Source of the DNA: Octopus sinensis
Taxonomy: Eukaryota
DNA: 64,000 nucleotides
Direction: 5' to 3'
NCBI RefSeq assembly: GCF_006345805.1
Contig: NC_043009.1
Coordinates: 25,544,001-25,608,000, forward strand
In this document: positions 37,902-50,335 of the stretch, piece by piece
Numbering within the stretch: position 1 is the stretch's first letter
Layout: each line of letters begins with the position of its first letter
Notes under the pieces: model-generated
Database searches by the model: none
What the model saw: the letters and a program-made list of their open reading frames with translations, nothing else
Told to the model about the DNA's origin: nothing
Position numbers and translations under genes: made by a program

Positions 37902-38356
37902 TCTCTTATTATAAAAGGCAGATTTTATCTGCCTCCCTTTGGGAGTTATACAAATCTACAATATAGGATTTCTTCAATTACAATTTACCTAGCGTTTTTG
38001 AGAGTACAATGCATCGCGTCATGCCAGGTCCAGTTTTTAAAATTTAAACTCCAATTAAGCAAAATTTACAGAAAACTCACATTCTGGTGTGTGTGTCAAA
38101 TGCTTTTCTTAGTCTGGTTTACACCACACGCAAACGCACACACACAGTGGGCAACGAATAAAATGAAAGTAAATAGCGACAGAGTGATTTGAGGAAGACT
38201 AAAGTGAAAGTATTCTGTCTATGACGCTGATAGATACATGAGTAAAATGTATGGGAAGCTAAGAGCTAAGAGTGAGTGAAAATGTTCTTGGAAGAGAGTA
38301 ATTAGTAATAAAGTAAACATACACTCATACATACATACATACATACATACATACAT

Positions 38357-38387
<31 letters not shown>

Positions 38388-39702
38388 TACACACACACAT
38401 ACATACACACACACATACATACATACACACATACATACATATACATACATACATACATATACATACATACATACACACACACACATACACACACACACAG
38501 TATTGAAGCTTGAGAACAATCAGATACATTTGCAACACATCTGTTGAAAATATTATTGTTCACACACATACATATACATATATACATACAGACAGACAGA
38601 CAGATAGACACACACACACACACACACACATGATCCAGCATGGCCACAACCTCAAGGCTGAAACATATAAAAGAATAACAGAATATAAATGTGTGCAAAG
38701 TACAAGAAATATTAATGCAGTATATGGGGATTGGACAATAAGCGTAAGGCAGTGTCAATGGTGGTTCCAGAAATCCCGAGCCATAAACTACAGCCTAGAA
38801 GACGAGCCTCATCCTGAAAGATCTGTAGAACTCGACAAGGACATCCTGAAAACCCTGGTGGAACAGAATATCATCGTAACTGTTGAGGAACTAGCAGAGA
38901 AGCTTGGATTTGGTCATTCAACCATTCATTGACACCTGTGTGCTATCGGAAAAGTCAGCAAATTGGGTCAATGGGTTCCTCACGAACTTTCCGAGTCTAA
39001 TTGCATGCAGAGAGTGAATGTATGCTTTTCTTTGCTGTCACATCTCACCACTACTGCGCTATGTATATCTATATATATAAAACTGTAGTTGTGTGAGTGT
39101 CTGTCCCCTTCGATTTAGATTCCTAACTACTCCCACATTTTGCGGTGCAGTTTAACCAAATTCGGGTAGCTTATAGTCGTGATTCATATCGAGCCCGTCT
39201 GAGTATTAGCGCGCGTCTATGATGAGTCTACGATTTTAAAAATAATTTAACATCATTTTTTATTCCATTTTAATGCATAATTTTTCGTGTGTCGATGGCG
39301 GTGGAATTGGCGTCCACGCTCACACCTGCACCTGTGGGGAAGGGAGTGTAAGGAAATCAACGTCGTAATGCGTTGTCAAGGAGACCAGCGTTCTTTTAGA
39401 ACAACGACTTCATGGCTTGAAGACACCAAAACAGAAATGGCTAAGAAAGCGTCTACATGAGTCTACGATTTAAAAAAAATTTACCATCGTTTTTTTTCCA
39501 TTTTAATGCATTTTTTCGCTATTATATAAGGGAAGTAACTCTCTAAAAATGTCTACGATGAGTCAACGATTTAAAAAAAATTTACCATCATATTTTTTCC
39601 ATTTTTAATGCATTTTTTGCTATTTTTTGGCTATAACTCTCTAAAAATGCTTATACAGTTATTTCCCTTACAAACCCGAGCAACGCCGGGCGATACTGCT
39701 AG
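37902..39702 (+). mobile_element. Second, inverted copy of the composite Helitron, with internal deletions
   Basis: A|TCTCTTATTATAAAAGGCAG at 37902; cccgagcaacgccgggcgatactgCTAG at 39702; colinear reverse complement of 34820-36963. Confidence 0.87.
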
Positions 39703-41343
39703 TCTTATTATAAAAGGCAGATTTTATCTGCCTCCCTTTGTCTCTTATAGAAATCTACAATATAGGATTTCTTCAATTACAATTTACCTAGCATTTTTAA
39801 GAGTAGAATGCATCGGGTCTTGCCAGGTCCACTTTTTAAAATTTCAACCCCAATTAAGCAAAATTTAGAGAAAACTCACATTGTGGTGTATGAGTCATTT
39901 GCTTTTCTTAGTGTGGGATACAGCACACGCACACGCACACACACAGTGTGCAACGAATAAAGTGAAAGTAATTCACTGTGTGTGTGTTGACAGGTAGACA
40001 ATAGAATGCGATGGCGATGGCGATGTAATATTTGTTTCTGTCTATGACGCTGATAGATATATGAGTAAAATGTATGGGAAGCTAAGAGATAAGAGTGAGT
40101 GAAAATGTTCTTGGAAGAGAGTAAATGGCGAGAGAGTGATTTGAGGAAGACTTTACATTAAATAACCGTAGTGGCCTGTCAAATGAAGAGGAGTGACAGG
40201 GTACTGGAGGAAATAGGGTGAGTGAGGAAGATGGCCCCTAGCAACCACACCTTTTAAGATAGGGATTTCTAAGGTAGCCCACGAGCATCGTCACCTTATT
40301 CTGCATGTCCCTGTAAATTTTGGAGCGAATCGGACGGGATAAAGTTATCTCTAAGAAACAGAAAGATCGCCCAAAAGTGTATATAGATATTTAAATGTAT
40401 TTATATATTCATCTATACACACATGTATGTATAATGTGCGTGTATATATTTCCATAGAGGTAACCATTCAATCCATACAAAGTTTTTTAGGACGAAAATA
40501 TTTATATATAAAAGAAAGGTTGTGTGTCTGTCTACTCCGATTTAGATTCCTAACTACTCCCACATTTTGCGATGCAGTTTAACCAAATCCGAGTATCTTA
40601 TAGTCGTGATTCATATCGAGCCCTTCTGGGTATTAGCGCGCGTCTACGATGAGTCTATGATTTTACAAATAATTTACCATCATTTTTTTCCATTTTAATG
40701 CATATTTTTTTTAATAAAGGGAAGTAACTCTCAAACTTCACACCAATATGCGTGCTCATATGCGACGTAATATCACATCAGCAGCATTTCCTCACACCCT
40801 CCTTGCACTTGGCGAAGGCAAAATACCAGGGGATGAAAATGGTAATATTGCCATCGATTCCTTGTAACATTGTTAAGACGCCTTCTGATCTCAGAGATGC
40901 AGTGTTCCCAGATCTACAAGCTAATTATCAGAATATGGATTGGATTGGCAAAAAGGCTATACTAGCCCCGAGGAATAAAACTGTTCACCATATTAATGAT
41001 GAAATGCTAAAACTCATTCCTGGGGAAGTCTATGTATATCAGTCCATCGATACAACTCCTGACCCAGAGGACGTCATCAACTATCCAATAGAGGTACTCA
41101 ATTCCTTTGAGCACCCCGGACTACCACCACACTTTCTCAAACTTAAAGTTGGTGCCCCTATAATGCTCATCAGAAATTTGGTTCCCCCAAAACAATGCAA
41201 TGGCACACGTTTGATCGTTAAGTCCTTATCTCCCACCGTAAGCTTATATCAATATTTGCCTGAATAATCATCATAATTCAGTGCAATCATTAACAGTACT
41301 TTCAAGCAATTCAGCCCCGAGCAACGCCGGGCAATTCTGCTAG
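39703..41343 (+). mobile_element. Helitron deletion derivative retaining a Pif1-family helicase fragment, head-to-tail after the previous element
   Basis: Starts TCTTATTATAAAAGGCAG directly after CTAG; ORF 40752..41267 (KAILAPRN...YPIEVLNS...GLPPHFLKLKVGAPIMLIRNL...CNGTRLIV); ends ccccgagcaacgccgggcaattctgCTAG|T. Confidence 0.9.
40752..41267 (+). pseudogene. Helitron RepHel Pif1-like helicase C-terminal fragment
   Basis: Pif1 2B/2A motifs as above; N-terminal helicase motifs absent. Confidence 0.88.
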
Positions 41344-41935
41344 TATATATATAAATGCGCACACACATGTACACGCACATACGTACACACATGCACACAC
41401 AAACACACACATACACGAGGCTCTTTTACTTCCTGTCGACTAAATCCACTTGCAATATTTGATTGGTTTGAGGCTGTAGTAAGAGTCACAACTTGCTCAA
41501 GATGCCACACAGTGCAGGTTTCATCCTGAAACCATGTGGTTAGAAAGCTAACATTTCTTAGCCCCAGGGCCATGCCTGCTCTTATAATGTATATCAGAGA
41601 TGCTTATAACTATGCATCAACAGCAGCACCAGCAGTAGTGGCAGCAGTAGCAGCACTAATGTCCCGGATGTAAGTAAGGAAAAATGTGTGAAATGCCTTT
41701 AGATAAAAATATGATGTTTTTAGAATTTTGACACAAATGCTGCAAATTTGAGGAGAAGAAGAAAACTACTACCTTGAACCCCAGTGTCCAACTGGTTCTT
41801 ATTTTATTGGTCCCAGGCATGGCCCTGGGGTTAAACAATACAGAGGAAATACTGCAAAGCATTTCATCTGGAATGGTTTTGATTCAGCCAACTCTGTTTT
41901 TCTTTAAGATAAAAAAAAAACATAGTGAAATATAT

Positions 41936-42345
41936 AGGCGCAGGAGTGGCTGTGTGGTAAGTAGCTTGCTAACCAACCACATGGTTCCGGGTTCAGTCCC
42001 ACTGCGTGGCATCTTGGGCAAGTGTCTTCTGCTATAGCCCCGGGCCGACCAATGCCTTGTGAGTGGATTTGGTAGACGGAAACTGAAAGAAGCCTGTTGT
42101 ATATATGTATACATATGTATGTGTGTGTGTTTGTGTGTCTGTGTTTGTCCCCCTAGCATTGCTTGACAACCGATGCTGGTATGTTTATGTCCCTGTTACT
42201 TAGTGGTTCGGCAAAAGAGACCGATAGAATAAGTACTGGGCTTGCAAAAGAATAAGTCCTGGGGTCGAGTTGCTCGATTAGAAGGCGGTGCTCCAGCATG
42301 GCCGCAGTCAAATGACTGAAACAGGTAAAAGAGTAAAAGAGTAAA
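41936..42345 (+). mobile_element. Full-length tRNA-derived SINE (head AGGCGCAGGAGTGGCTGTGTGG)
   Basis: A box TGGCTGTGTGG, B box GGTTCAGTCC, internal (TG)n and tail (GAGTAAAA)n; relatives at about 47088-47526 (+), 51219-51620 (+), 23980-24335 (-), 25100-25458 (-), 54000-54230 (-) and 1540-1760 (+). Confidence 0.85.
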
Positions 42346-42368
42346 TAAAATAAAGAAAATAAACCTAC

Positions 42369-42840
42369 GTCCGGTGCTCACAACAAGACATATTTCTGAA
42401 CCCTCTGCCTGATCCGTCACTGTAACATGCAGTTTTTCTTCACTCTGTTTCACATCGATTCCTTGTAAGTTGATCACTTTTTTTGGTTCCTGTTGTCCAC
42501 TAAGAGAAGAGTAATAGAAATGGTAGTTATTCTTTGTTGGTACCTCATTAATCTTGCCCCATATTTCAATTGAACTCTCTTTCAATATTTCCACAAGTGT
42601 CAAACCAATTCTATTTAACTTTACTTTAAAAGAATATTTTCCGCTTGTTTTGTCTGGTTTAAATGAGGATTGGTTCTGTAATTTCACTTTTTCGCATTTC
42701 AAGCTGAGTTTGTACTTCACATCATCATCATCAATCTTGATGTCCTCGCCATCATTGGTCTGAATACTTATAACAGCGCTCGAAGAAAGGAGAGCGTTCT
42801 CTAAACCATGAAACTTGACGTCATTTGTGTAGCCGACAAA
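42369..42840 (-). CDS. Polycystin-1-like exon, GAIN-B-like beta region (FVGYTNDVKFHG...EICLVVSTG)
   Basis: tttacag acceptor, gtaggt donor, 472 bp, phase 0/1; complex-sequence core of ORF 42196..42975. Confidence 0.8.
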
Positions 42841-42863
42841 CTGTAAACATTGAACAGACAGAC

Positions 42864-42897
<34 letters not shown>

Positions 42898-43383
42898 GCA
42901 GGCAGGCAGGCAGGCACGCACGCACACACACACACACACACATACACACATACATACATACATACATACATACATACATACAGGAGCAATCCGTCGGTTG
43001 CAACAACGAGGGTCCCAGCTGATACAATCAATGGAACAGCTTGCTCATGAAATAATGTGCAAGTGGCTGAGCACTCCACAAACACATGTACCCTTAACAT
43101 TGTTCTCGGGGAGATTCAGCGTGACACAGTGTGTGACAAGGCTGACCCTTTGAAATACAGGTACTACTCACTTTTGCCAGCTGAGTGGACTGGAGCAACG
43201 TGAAATAAAGTGTCTTGCTCAAGGTCACAACGCGCCACTGAGAATTGAAATCACGACCTCACGATCATGAGCCGAATGCCCCTAACCACTAAGCCACGCG
43301 CCTTCATATACGTACATACATCCATACATAAGCAAAATAGCTAGTTATTAAATATCAAGAAGAGACACTAAAGAGCAAAGTGG

Positions 43384-44032
43384 GACGCCACACCAAAGTG
43401 GCAGTTGAATGTTACTACTAGTTCAACCCCAGGTAGATTCTCCACTAGCTGGTTATTGGTGCAACACTCTGCACCCTTTGTATACAATATATCGTTAGCA
43501 GGGGGAGTGAACCCTTACTACCCTCTGGCAGCTAACAAGATCACAAGACTAACTCAGTTTTGAGTTATTTGGTTCCTTATCAGTTGCGAGCCCCTGCACA
43601 CTGGTGTGATAGCTAGGATCCCCTGTTGCTAACGATATATTGTAAACAAAGCGCCACTTTGATGTGGCGACTGGCTTTACTTCTTCGTATACGTTACTTC
43701 TTGAGATTTTATGACTAAATACTTTGCTTGTTGCAAATCAGTGACCAATGGTCACTTTGTTTACAATATATCATTAGCAACAGTGGATCCTAGCTATCAT
43801 TCCAGTGCAAAGGTGCTCACGATTGATGAGGAACCAAATAGTTTGAAAATGAGTCAGTTTCGCGATCCTGTTAGCTGTTGGAGGGTAGTAAGGGTTTGCT
43901 CCCCCTGCTAACGATATGTTGCTTATAAAGGATACTGAGTGCTGCACCGATAACCAGCCAAAGGGGAATCTGCCTGGGGTTAAACTAGTAGTAGCATTCA
44001 ACTGCCACTTTGACTTGGTGACTGGCTTTACT
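43384..44032. repeat. Nested inverted-repeat element (about 270-bp arms with internal inverted blocks)
   Basis: caaagtggcagttgaatgttactactagttcaaccccaggtagattc versus gaatctgcctggggttaaactagtagtagcattcaactgccactttg; inner blocks ctttgt.tacaatatatc.ttagca repeated in both orientations. Confidence 0.8.
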
Positions 44033-44323
44033 GTTTATATATAATAAAAAAAATAAATGCGTCCTTTTAAAGCCTAGCCAGGCTCATGGGCCCGGTTTCC
44101 CAGTTTTAATGGCATATGTGTTCCCCAGCTGGACGGAACGCCAGTCCATCGCAGCATTACTCATTTTTGCCAGCTGAATGAACTGGAGCAACGTGAAATG
44201 AAGTGTTTTGCTCAAGAACAGAACGCGTCGCCTGGTCCAGGAATCAAAACCACAATCTTACGATCATGGTGCTGACACCCTAACCACTAAGCCACGCACC
44301 TCCACACTGTTTATATATAGATA

Positions 44324-44920
44324 GACTAATAGAGTTGTCCAGTGTTGCTCGGGATTACAATGGCATAGTTTGTATATAATATATCACAGTTATGTTGAAA
44401 CAAGTGATATGGAAAAGTACAGCATTGACAACAAAACATTTGTGGAGTAAATAATAAACTAATTCGACTTTGCAAGAAGTTACAAAAATGCTAAAATCGA
44501 CAGTAATTTTTAATTCTCCTGTGCAGATATGTGTGCATAAGACAATTAAATTATTGCACAGGGGTTCCTCGAGCCAGCGGAATGTTTCCTTGGGGTTCCG
44601 CTCCAGCAAAAAGGTTGAAAAGCACTGCCTTAGAGGCACCAAACGATGTCATTTGAAATGCAGGGTTGTATTATCTGATATTGTTCAGAAAATCCTTTGA
44701 TTGGATGGAAGTGGCTTCCAGAAGATCCATATAAGGTTGAGCAGGAGCTGGTAGTAGTGCTGGCAATCTAACCTTACCGCCTGAGTAGCACATGCTGTTT
44801 CATTTGGAAATACTAAAGCTTTGCAGAAATGACAATTTGAGTTTAGCACACCAATTTGAACAAAATTATCATTTTCATAAGAATGGGATGGATCATATCT
44901 GAAAACAGCTCCAGGAATTG
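44324..44920 (-). mobile_element. Old Helitron relic (N-terminal RepHel region plus decayed 3' end)
   Basis: Manual translation FRYDPSHSY...CHFCKALVFPNE(frameshift)MCYSGGKVRLP...FLNNIR*YNPAFQMTSFGA; decayed cccgagcaacactggac...attag end at about 44324-44355. Confidence 0.75.
44400..44627 (-). mobile_element. Possible hAT-type MITE end inside the Helitron relic
   Basis: Minus-strand CAGTGCTTTTCAACCTTTTTGCTGGAGCGGAACCCC resembles hAT/Charlie MITE termini; the other end was not found. Confidence 0.35.
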
Positions 44921-45310
44921 TGAAGAATGAATTTGTAGTTCATCTGTTTCTGAGAGCCATTCTATTGGACCTCTTGAAACTCTATTTGACATGCTACAGC
45001 TTGCCTTTGCTGATCTTGGGAAAATTTCATCTCCCTTCTCTTTTAGCATGTAATACCAAACCAATGCCAATGTTATATTATTTTAATCCAAATGAAAAAA
45101 AAAAAAATTACATGTTGATACTATTACCTTGTAAAATTTGATTTGATTTGTTCAAACTATTTGAGAATGCATAGGGAACATACAGACAAAGAATTTTATA
45201 TATATAGATAAATAGAGAAAGAGAGAGAGAGCGAGAAAGGATTACGATGTGTTGGGAGAAAACTGTGTGAATAAAGTGCATTAATCATGTTGAACCCTAT
45301 CTATCTATCT

Positions 45311-45363
<53 letters not shown>

Positions 45364-45940
45364 ATCTATATCTATATATATATATATGTGTGTGTGTCTG
45401 CCTGTCTGTCTATCTACCTGCCTGTCTATCTATTTGTCTATTTATCTTTCTATCTGTATGTCTGTCCATCTGTGTAGCTGTCTTTCTGCCTGTCTCTTTC
45501 TTTCTCTTTCCCTCCCCCCTCTCTCTCCCTCTGTATCTATCTAGCTAGCTATTTATCTATCTGTCTGTCTGCTTGTATGTATGTACATACGTATGTATGC
45601 ATGTACCTGTGTGTCTGTCTGTCTGTCTCTCTATCTAAGACACATTGTACATGGTACTTTTTCAATTGCACACTCCTTCCCTCCCTCACTCCTGCCTGCC
45701 TTCCTTTACTCACCCACTCACTCACTCATTCACTCACTCTCTCTCATTCACTCACGCACTAACTCACTCCCTCGTTCATTATCTCTGCATATTTATTTCT
45801 GCATATTTTTCTTTTCTTTTGTCTTTATTTTCTATCATACTTTCTTTCTCCCATTAATTTCAATCATTCACTCATTCTTTCACACTTTCTTTCTTGCTTT
45901 CTTTCAGACTTTCTTTCTCTTCATACAACATCTCTCTTAC

Positions 45941-46150
45941 CGTTATAATCGATCCTGGTTGAGTTTCCTGTATTTCTTTCGGTATATTCAGACTCCCTGA
46001 TTTCGTCTCCAGATAGAAAGCATCGAAATCATTTTCTTCTGTCTTTTTAACCACGAACTCCACACCTTTTAATGTGATATTGAAGTTGCTACCAGGTTCC
46101 TTTGATTTCATTATTCCAGTGCTTGCCTTCAACATTGTTGGCATAAGATT
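45941..46150 (-). CDS. Polycystin-1-like exon (NLMPTMLKASTG...QPGSIIT)
   Basis: tttcataag acceptor, gtaaga donor, 210 bp, phase 0/0; overlaps ORF 45872..46144. Confidence 0.7.
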
Positions 46151-46429
46151 CTTATGAAAAAGAGAATGAAAACGGTATGAAATAAAACAGGCTCAATATA
46201 GAAATGTAATTACATTTTCATTTGTATTAATATATTTTTTTTGTTTTTGTTAGTTTAAATATTGTGTTCTTTTCTTATAATATTGCTTTGCCACCTGTTT
46301 GATACTAAAGTGACACTTGTTTGATATTGTTGTGAATTTTTCACTGTTCAGATCTGCTTAGACATGAATCTAGGCAATGTGGTTTTACCCAAATAAATTG
46401 TGTATAAGTTACATTTGTGTATCAGCCTG

Positions 46430-46918
46430 TAATGATATGCATAAGATCTGGTCATCAAATCTAAGTAGAGATTTCAAACTTGAAATCTTCAAAGCCACAG
46501 TCAAACCAATTCTACTATATAGCTCAGAAACCTGGATGTTATCAAAGAAGCTTGAGAGGCGGTTGGATGGAACTTACACTTGCCTCCTTATGAGAGCTCA
46601 AAATCTCTCGTGGAAACGTCATCCAACCAAAGTACAAATATATGGGAAACTACCACCTGTGTCATCTCTTGTGAAAGGTTGAAGAGTCCAGTTTGCAGGA
46701 CATTGTTGTAGAGCTGAAAACGAAGTAATTTCTACTCTTCTCCTCTGGAAGCCATCTGCTCGCGATACCAGAGGGCGCACACTCTCCTACCCTGATATAA
46801 TCTCCAGGGATACAGGCATCCAGCAACAGGACCGCCGTAATGCTATGACGGACCGTGAAGTCTGGTGTAACATAGTATATTCTATTGTCTCGACCATGGT
46901 CGTACAATGATGATGATA
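46430..46918 (+). mobile_element. RTE-like LINE 3' fragment (distinct subfamily) with (TGA)n tail
   Basis: IFKATVKPILLYSSETW...RRLDGTYTCLLMRAQN; after a stop VQFAGHC...GRTLSYPD..SRDTG; tail tgatgatgat. Confidence 0.8.
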
Positions 46919-47087
46919 AGACATAGGACTAATTTAGTATTAAACCCTGGAAGAAAACTCATGGTTTTAGCTGTATCAGGAATATTTAGCAATTGCAAAA
47001 CTTAGAAATCAAACCTGGATTACTATAGCCAATGCAAAAAGACGACTAAAGAACAAGATTGTGATTTGCTCAAATATTATCGACATC

Positions 47088-47253
47088 AGGCGCAGGAGTG
47101 TCTGTGTGGTAAGTAGCTTGCTTACCAACCACATGGTTCTGGGTTCAGTCCCACTGTGTGGCACCTTGGGCAAGTGTCTTCTACTATAGCCTCAGGCCGA
47201 CCAAAGCCTTATGAGTGGATTTGGTAGACGGAAACTGAAAGAAGCCCATCGTA

Positions 47254-47294
<41 letters not shown>

Positions 47295-47526
47295 ATGTGT
47301 GTGTGTGTATGTTTGTGTGTCTGTTTGTCCCTCCAACATCGTTTGACACCGATGCTGGTGTGTTTACATCCCTGTAACTTAGTGGTTCGGCAAAACGAGA
47401 CTGATGAAATAAGTACTAGGCTTATAAAGAATAAGTCCTGGGGTCGATTTGGTCGACTATAAAGGTGGTGCTCCAGCATGGCCGCAGTCAAATGACTGAA
47501 ACAAGTAAAAGAGTAAAGAGTAAAGA
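47088..47526 (+). mobile_element. Full-length copy of the same SINE
   Basis: aggcgcaggagtgtctgtgtgg ... aatgactgaaacaagtaaaagagtaaagag. Confidence 0.85.
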
Positions 47527-48681
47527 GTATCATCAAACTATCTGACTATTCAAGATTTCTTATGGAACCGAATCTAATAATAAATTCATCTTTGGCATAC
47601 TTTTTTTTTTTTTGACTATGAGTATCTTTATATATCTAGTGTTTTTTTGCCACAAGACAGCAGACAGTTACAGTGAGTTAGCAAGCAGATCAGAAAAGTG
47701 TCGCAAAACCAGAGCAACGGACAACAATGATGTCAACACATCCTAACAGATTAACTCCACAAAACATAAGGGTGACTACCTGATCTGACAACACCTCATA
47801 AACTTTGAAATATTTTAGTATAAACGTCATTTCTTTGTCTTTGTAGTAATGACAACATTTATTTTGTTAACGATAAATATTTTTGCATTAAAAATCTCAG
47901 CAGAATTTGTGTTCTTTGTTATAACATAGTTTTACCCTTGTACAAGACATACCGCAAAATAGTGCAACTTGTACATGTGCAAATATAGCATTTTGAATAT
48001 GAATAAATATGTATATGGTGTTGTATCTATGTTTAATAAATATGTATGTAGTCTTGCTAAGAAATTAAAACCCTGTAGTTAAATTATAGATCTTTTTTGA
48101 CAGCATGAACTGATGATCAAAGTGATTAGGTTTTGTTTTGATTAAAGAATCATTGAGGATCACTGTATCCTGTTGTTTATCTCCTGGCTATAGAAATCTA
48201 CTATTTTCACATCTGCATTGTTGTTTTACACCCTGGATCTCTTCTGTCCTATTACGCCATGAATAGCAACTTATCTTCTGTCTTGGAACAGACCATTCAA
48301 ATAGGAATAGTAATGATTATTTTCACAGAGTAACACTACCTAACACATGAACACTCCCCACCACTCACACACGCACACAAACACACAAAAATTAACAATT
48401 ATTCAACTGCAAGTTGAGTAATTATGAAGAGTACCCATGAAACTATTAGCACCAATCACTTTATTAAAAAAAAAAACTATTTATCTGCCGTTTGGTTGAA
48501 TGTTCACTTTCTTGTTTCTCAAGCATATGCATACATCATCATCATCATCATCATCACCATCACCACAATCACCACACCACCATTGTCGTTGACATCATCA
48601 TCACCATCATTATCATCATCATCATTTAATGTCCATTTTCCACACATATATATTTATATACATACATACATACACACACAC

Positions 48682-48790
<109 letters not shown>

Positions 48791-48902
48791 ACCCCCCCCC
48801 CATTAAATGACCAGTAAATGCATGCACACATCTACACAAAAGTGCACTCCTATGATGCTGCATGTTGTATGCATTTATATAAGTGTATGTATGATGACTT
48901 AC

Positions 48903-48949
48903 AAGAGTTGGTAACTTAGTCTCGAGTGCTTCGTTTACTTCTGATAGAC
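48903..48949 (-). CDS. Polycystin-1-like micro-exon (GLSEVNEALETKLPTL)
   Basis: ttttacag acceptor, gtaagt donor, 47 bp, phase 1/0; exactly bridges the phases of the flanking exons. Confidence 0.62.
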
Positions 48950-49132
48950 CTGTAAAAGAATACAAAATGATCGGATAAATGAAACAAACTACAAACCCCA
49001 TTTTGGTGGCAGAACTACCAGAAACATTATGAACATCACCATCATCATCAGCAGCAGCATCATCGTCGTCATCGTTGTCATAATCATCATCATCATCAGC
49101 AGCAGCATCATCGTCGTCATCGTTGTCATAAT

Positions 49133-49164
<32 letters not shown>

Positions 49165-49796
49165 CTACCACTACTACCACCACACTGCCACCACCATCCT
49201 TTTCAAGCCTAGCCAGGCTCATGGGCTTGGTTTCCCGGTTTCTGTGGCATATGGGTTCCCCCCAGCTGGACGGGATGCCAGTCCATCTCAGCGTTATTCA
49301 AGAAACAGGAAGAAAGAGTGAGAGAAAGTTGGGGCGAAAGAGTACAACAGGGGTCGCCACCACTCCCTGCTGGAGCCACGTGGAGCTTTACGTGTTTTCA
49401 CTCAATAAACACACACAACGCCCGGTCTGGGAATCAAAATCACAATCCTCCAATCACGAGTCTACTACCCTAACCACTGGGCCATTGCGCCTCCCTGTGT
49501 GTGTAGGAGAAGTAAAAATAAACATAAGTTTATATTACAGTCCCTATGTGTGTTTCACCATTGTGGTTGCTTGGAACCCCACTGTAGGTTTTCCAAGCAT
49601 ATTTAGAGTTTCAGTCTCAACAGATGAGTAGGGAACACTTCTTTGTATTTAAGTTAAAGATATCTATGTATACGTGCTTGTGTGTGTTTGTAAGTACATA
49701 TGCATGTATGTGTATATGTGTGTATATAGCCTTGAAGATTAGAAAAGAGAAGACTTGGTCAGAGGACTGGACAGTCTTCTAGGCAGATGGTGTAAA

Positions 49797-50005
49797 GAAG
49801 AGGAAGAAGAAGAAAGAGGAGGAGGAGGAGAAGAAGAAGAAGAAGAAGAAGAAGAAAAAGAAGAAGAAGAAGAAGAAGAAGAAGAAGGAGGAGGAGGAGG
49901 AGGAGAAGAAGAAGAAGAAGAAGAAGAGAAGAAGAAGAAGAAGAAGAAGAAGAAGAAGAAAAAGAAGAAGAAGAAGAAGATAAGGATGAGGAAGAGGAGG
50001 TGATG
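49797..50005. repeat. (GAA)n/(GGA)n purine microsatellite
   Basis: Direct inspection. Confidence 0.95.
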
Positions 50006-50096
50006 ATGACAATGGTGAAGAAGAAACAAAGAATCTTCACATGAAGGCAACATTTACAATGTAAGTGAAATTTGTGAAAGTAAAACAACCAATCAC

Positions 50097-50181
50097 CTGT
50101 GAGGATGTCAATGTATTCGTCTTCTGAGTAATTTCCTTTTAACAGCTTATCTGTCATATTGTTAAAAGCCTCTGACAGTTT
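50097..50181 (-). CDS. Polycystin-1-like exon (KLSEAFNNMTDKLLKGNYSEDEYIDILT)
   Basis: tttcag acceptor, gtgatt donor, 85 bp, phase 0/1. Confidence 0.65.
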
Positions 50182-50335
50182 CTGAAACAAATAGCAAAGA
50201 AACGACATTTTTCCACAATCATCATGTCTCTTATATAACATGGACAAAGGTTTCTAAAGCCATTATTGATTATACAAGTACGTATGTGTTGTGTTTGTAT
50301 GTGTGTATGTGATGTTTGCCTATGTAACCCTTTTA

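Noticed and set aside
41936-42010. tRNA-like A/B boxes as tRNA genes
   Set aside because: No full cloverleaf; they continue into conserved SINE bodies present in many copies
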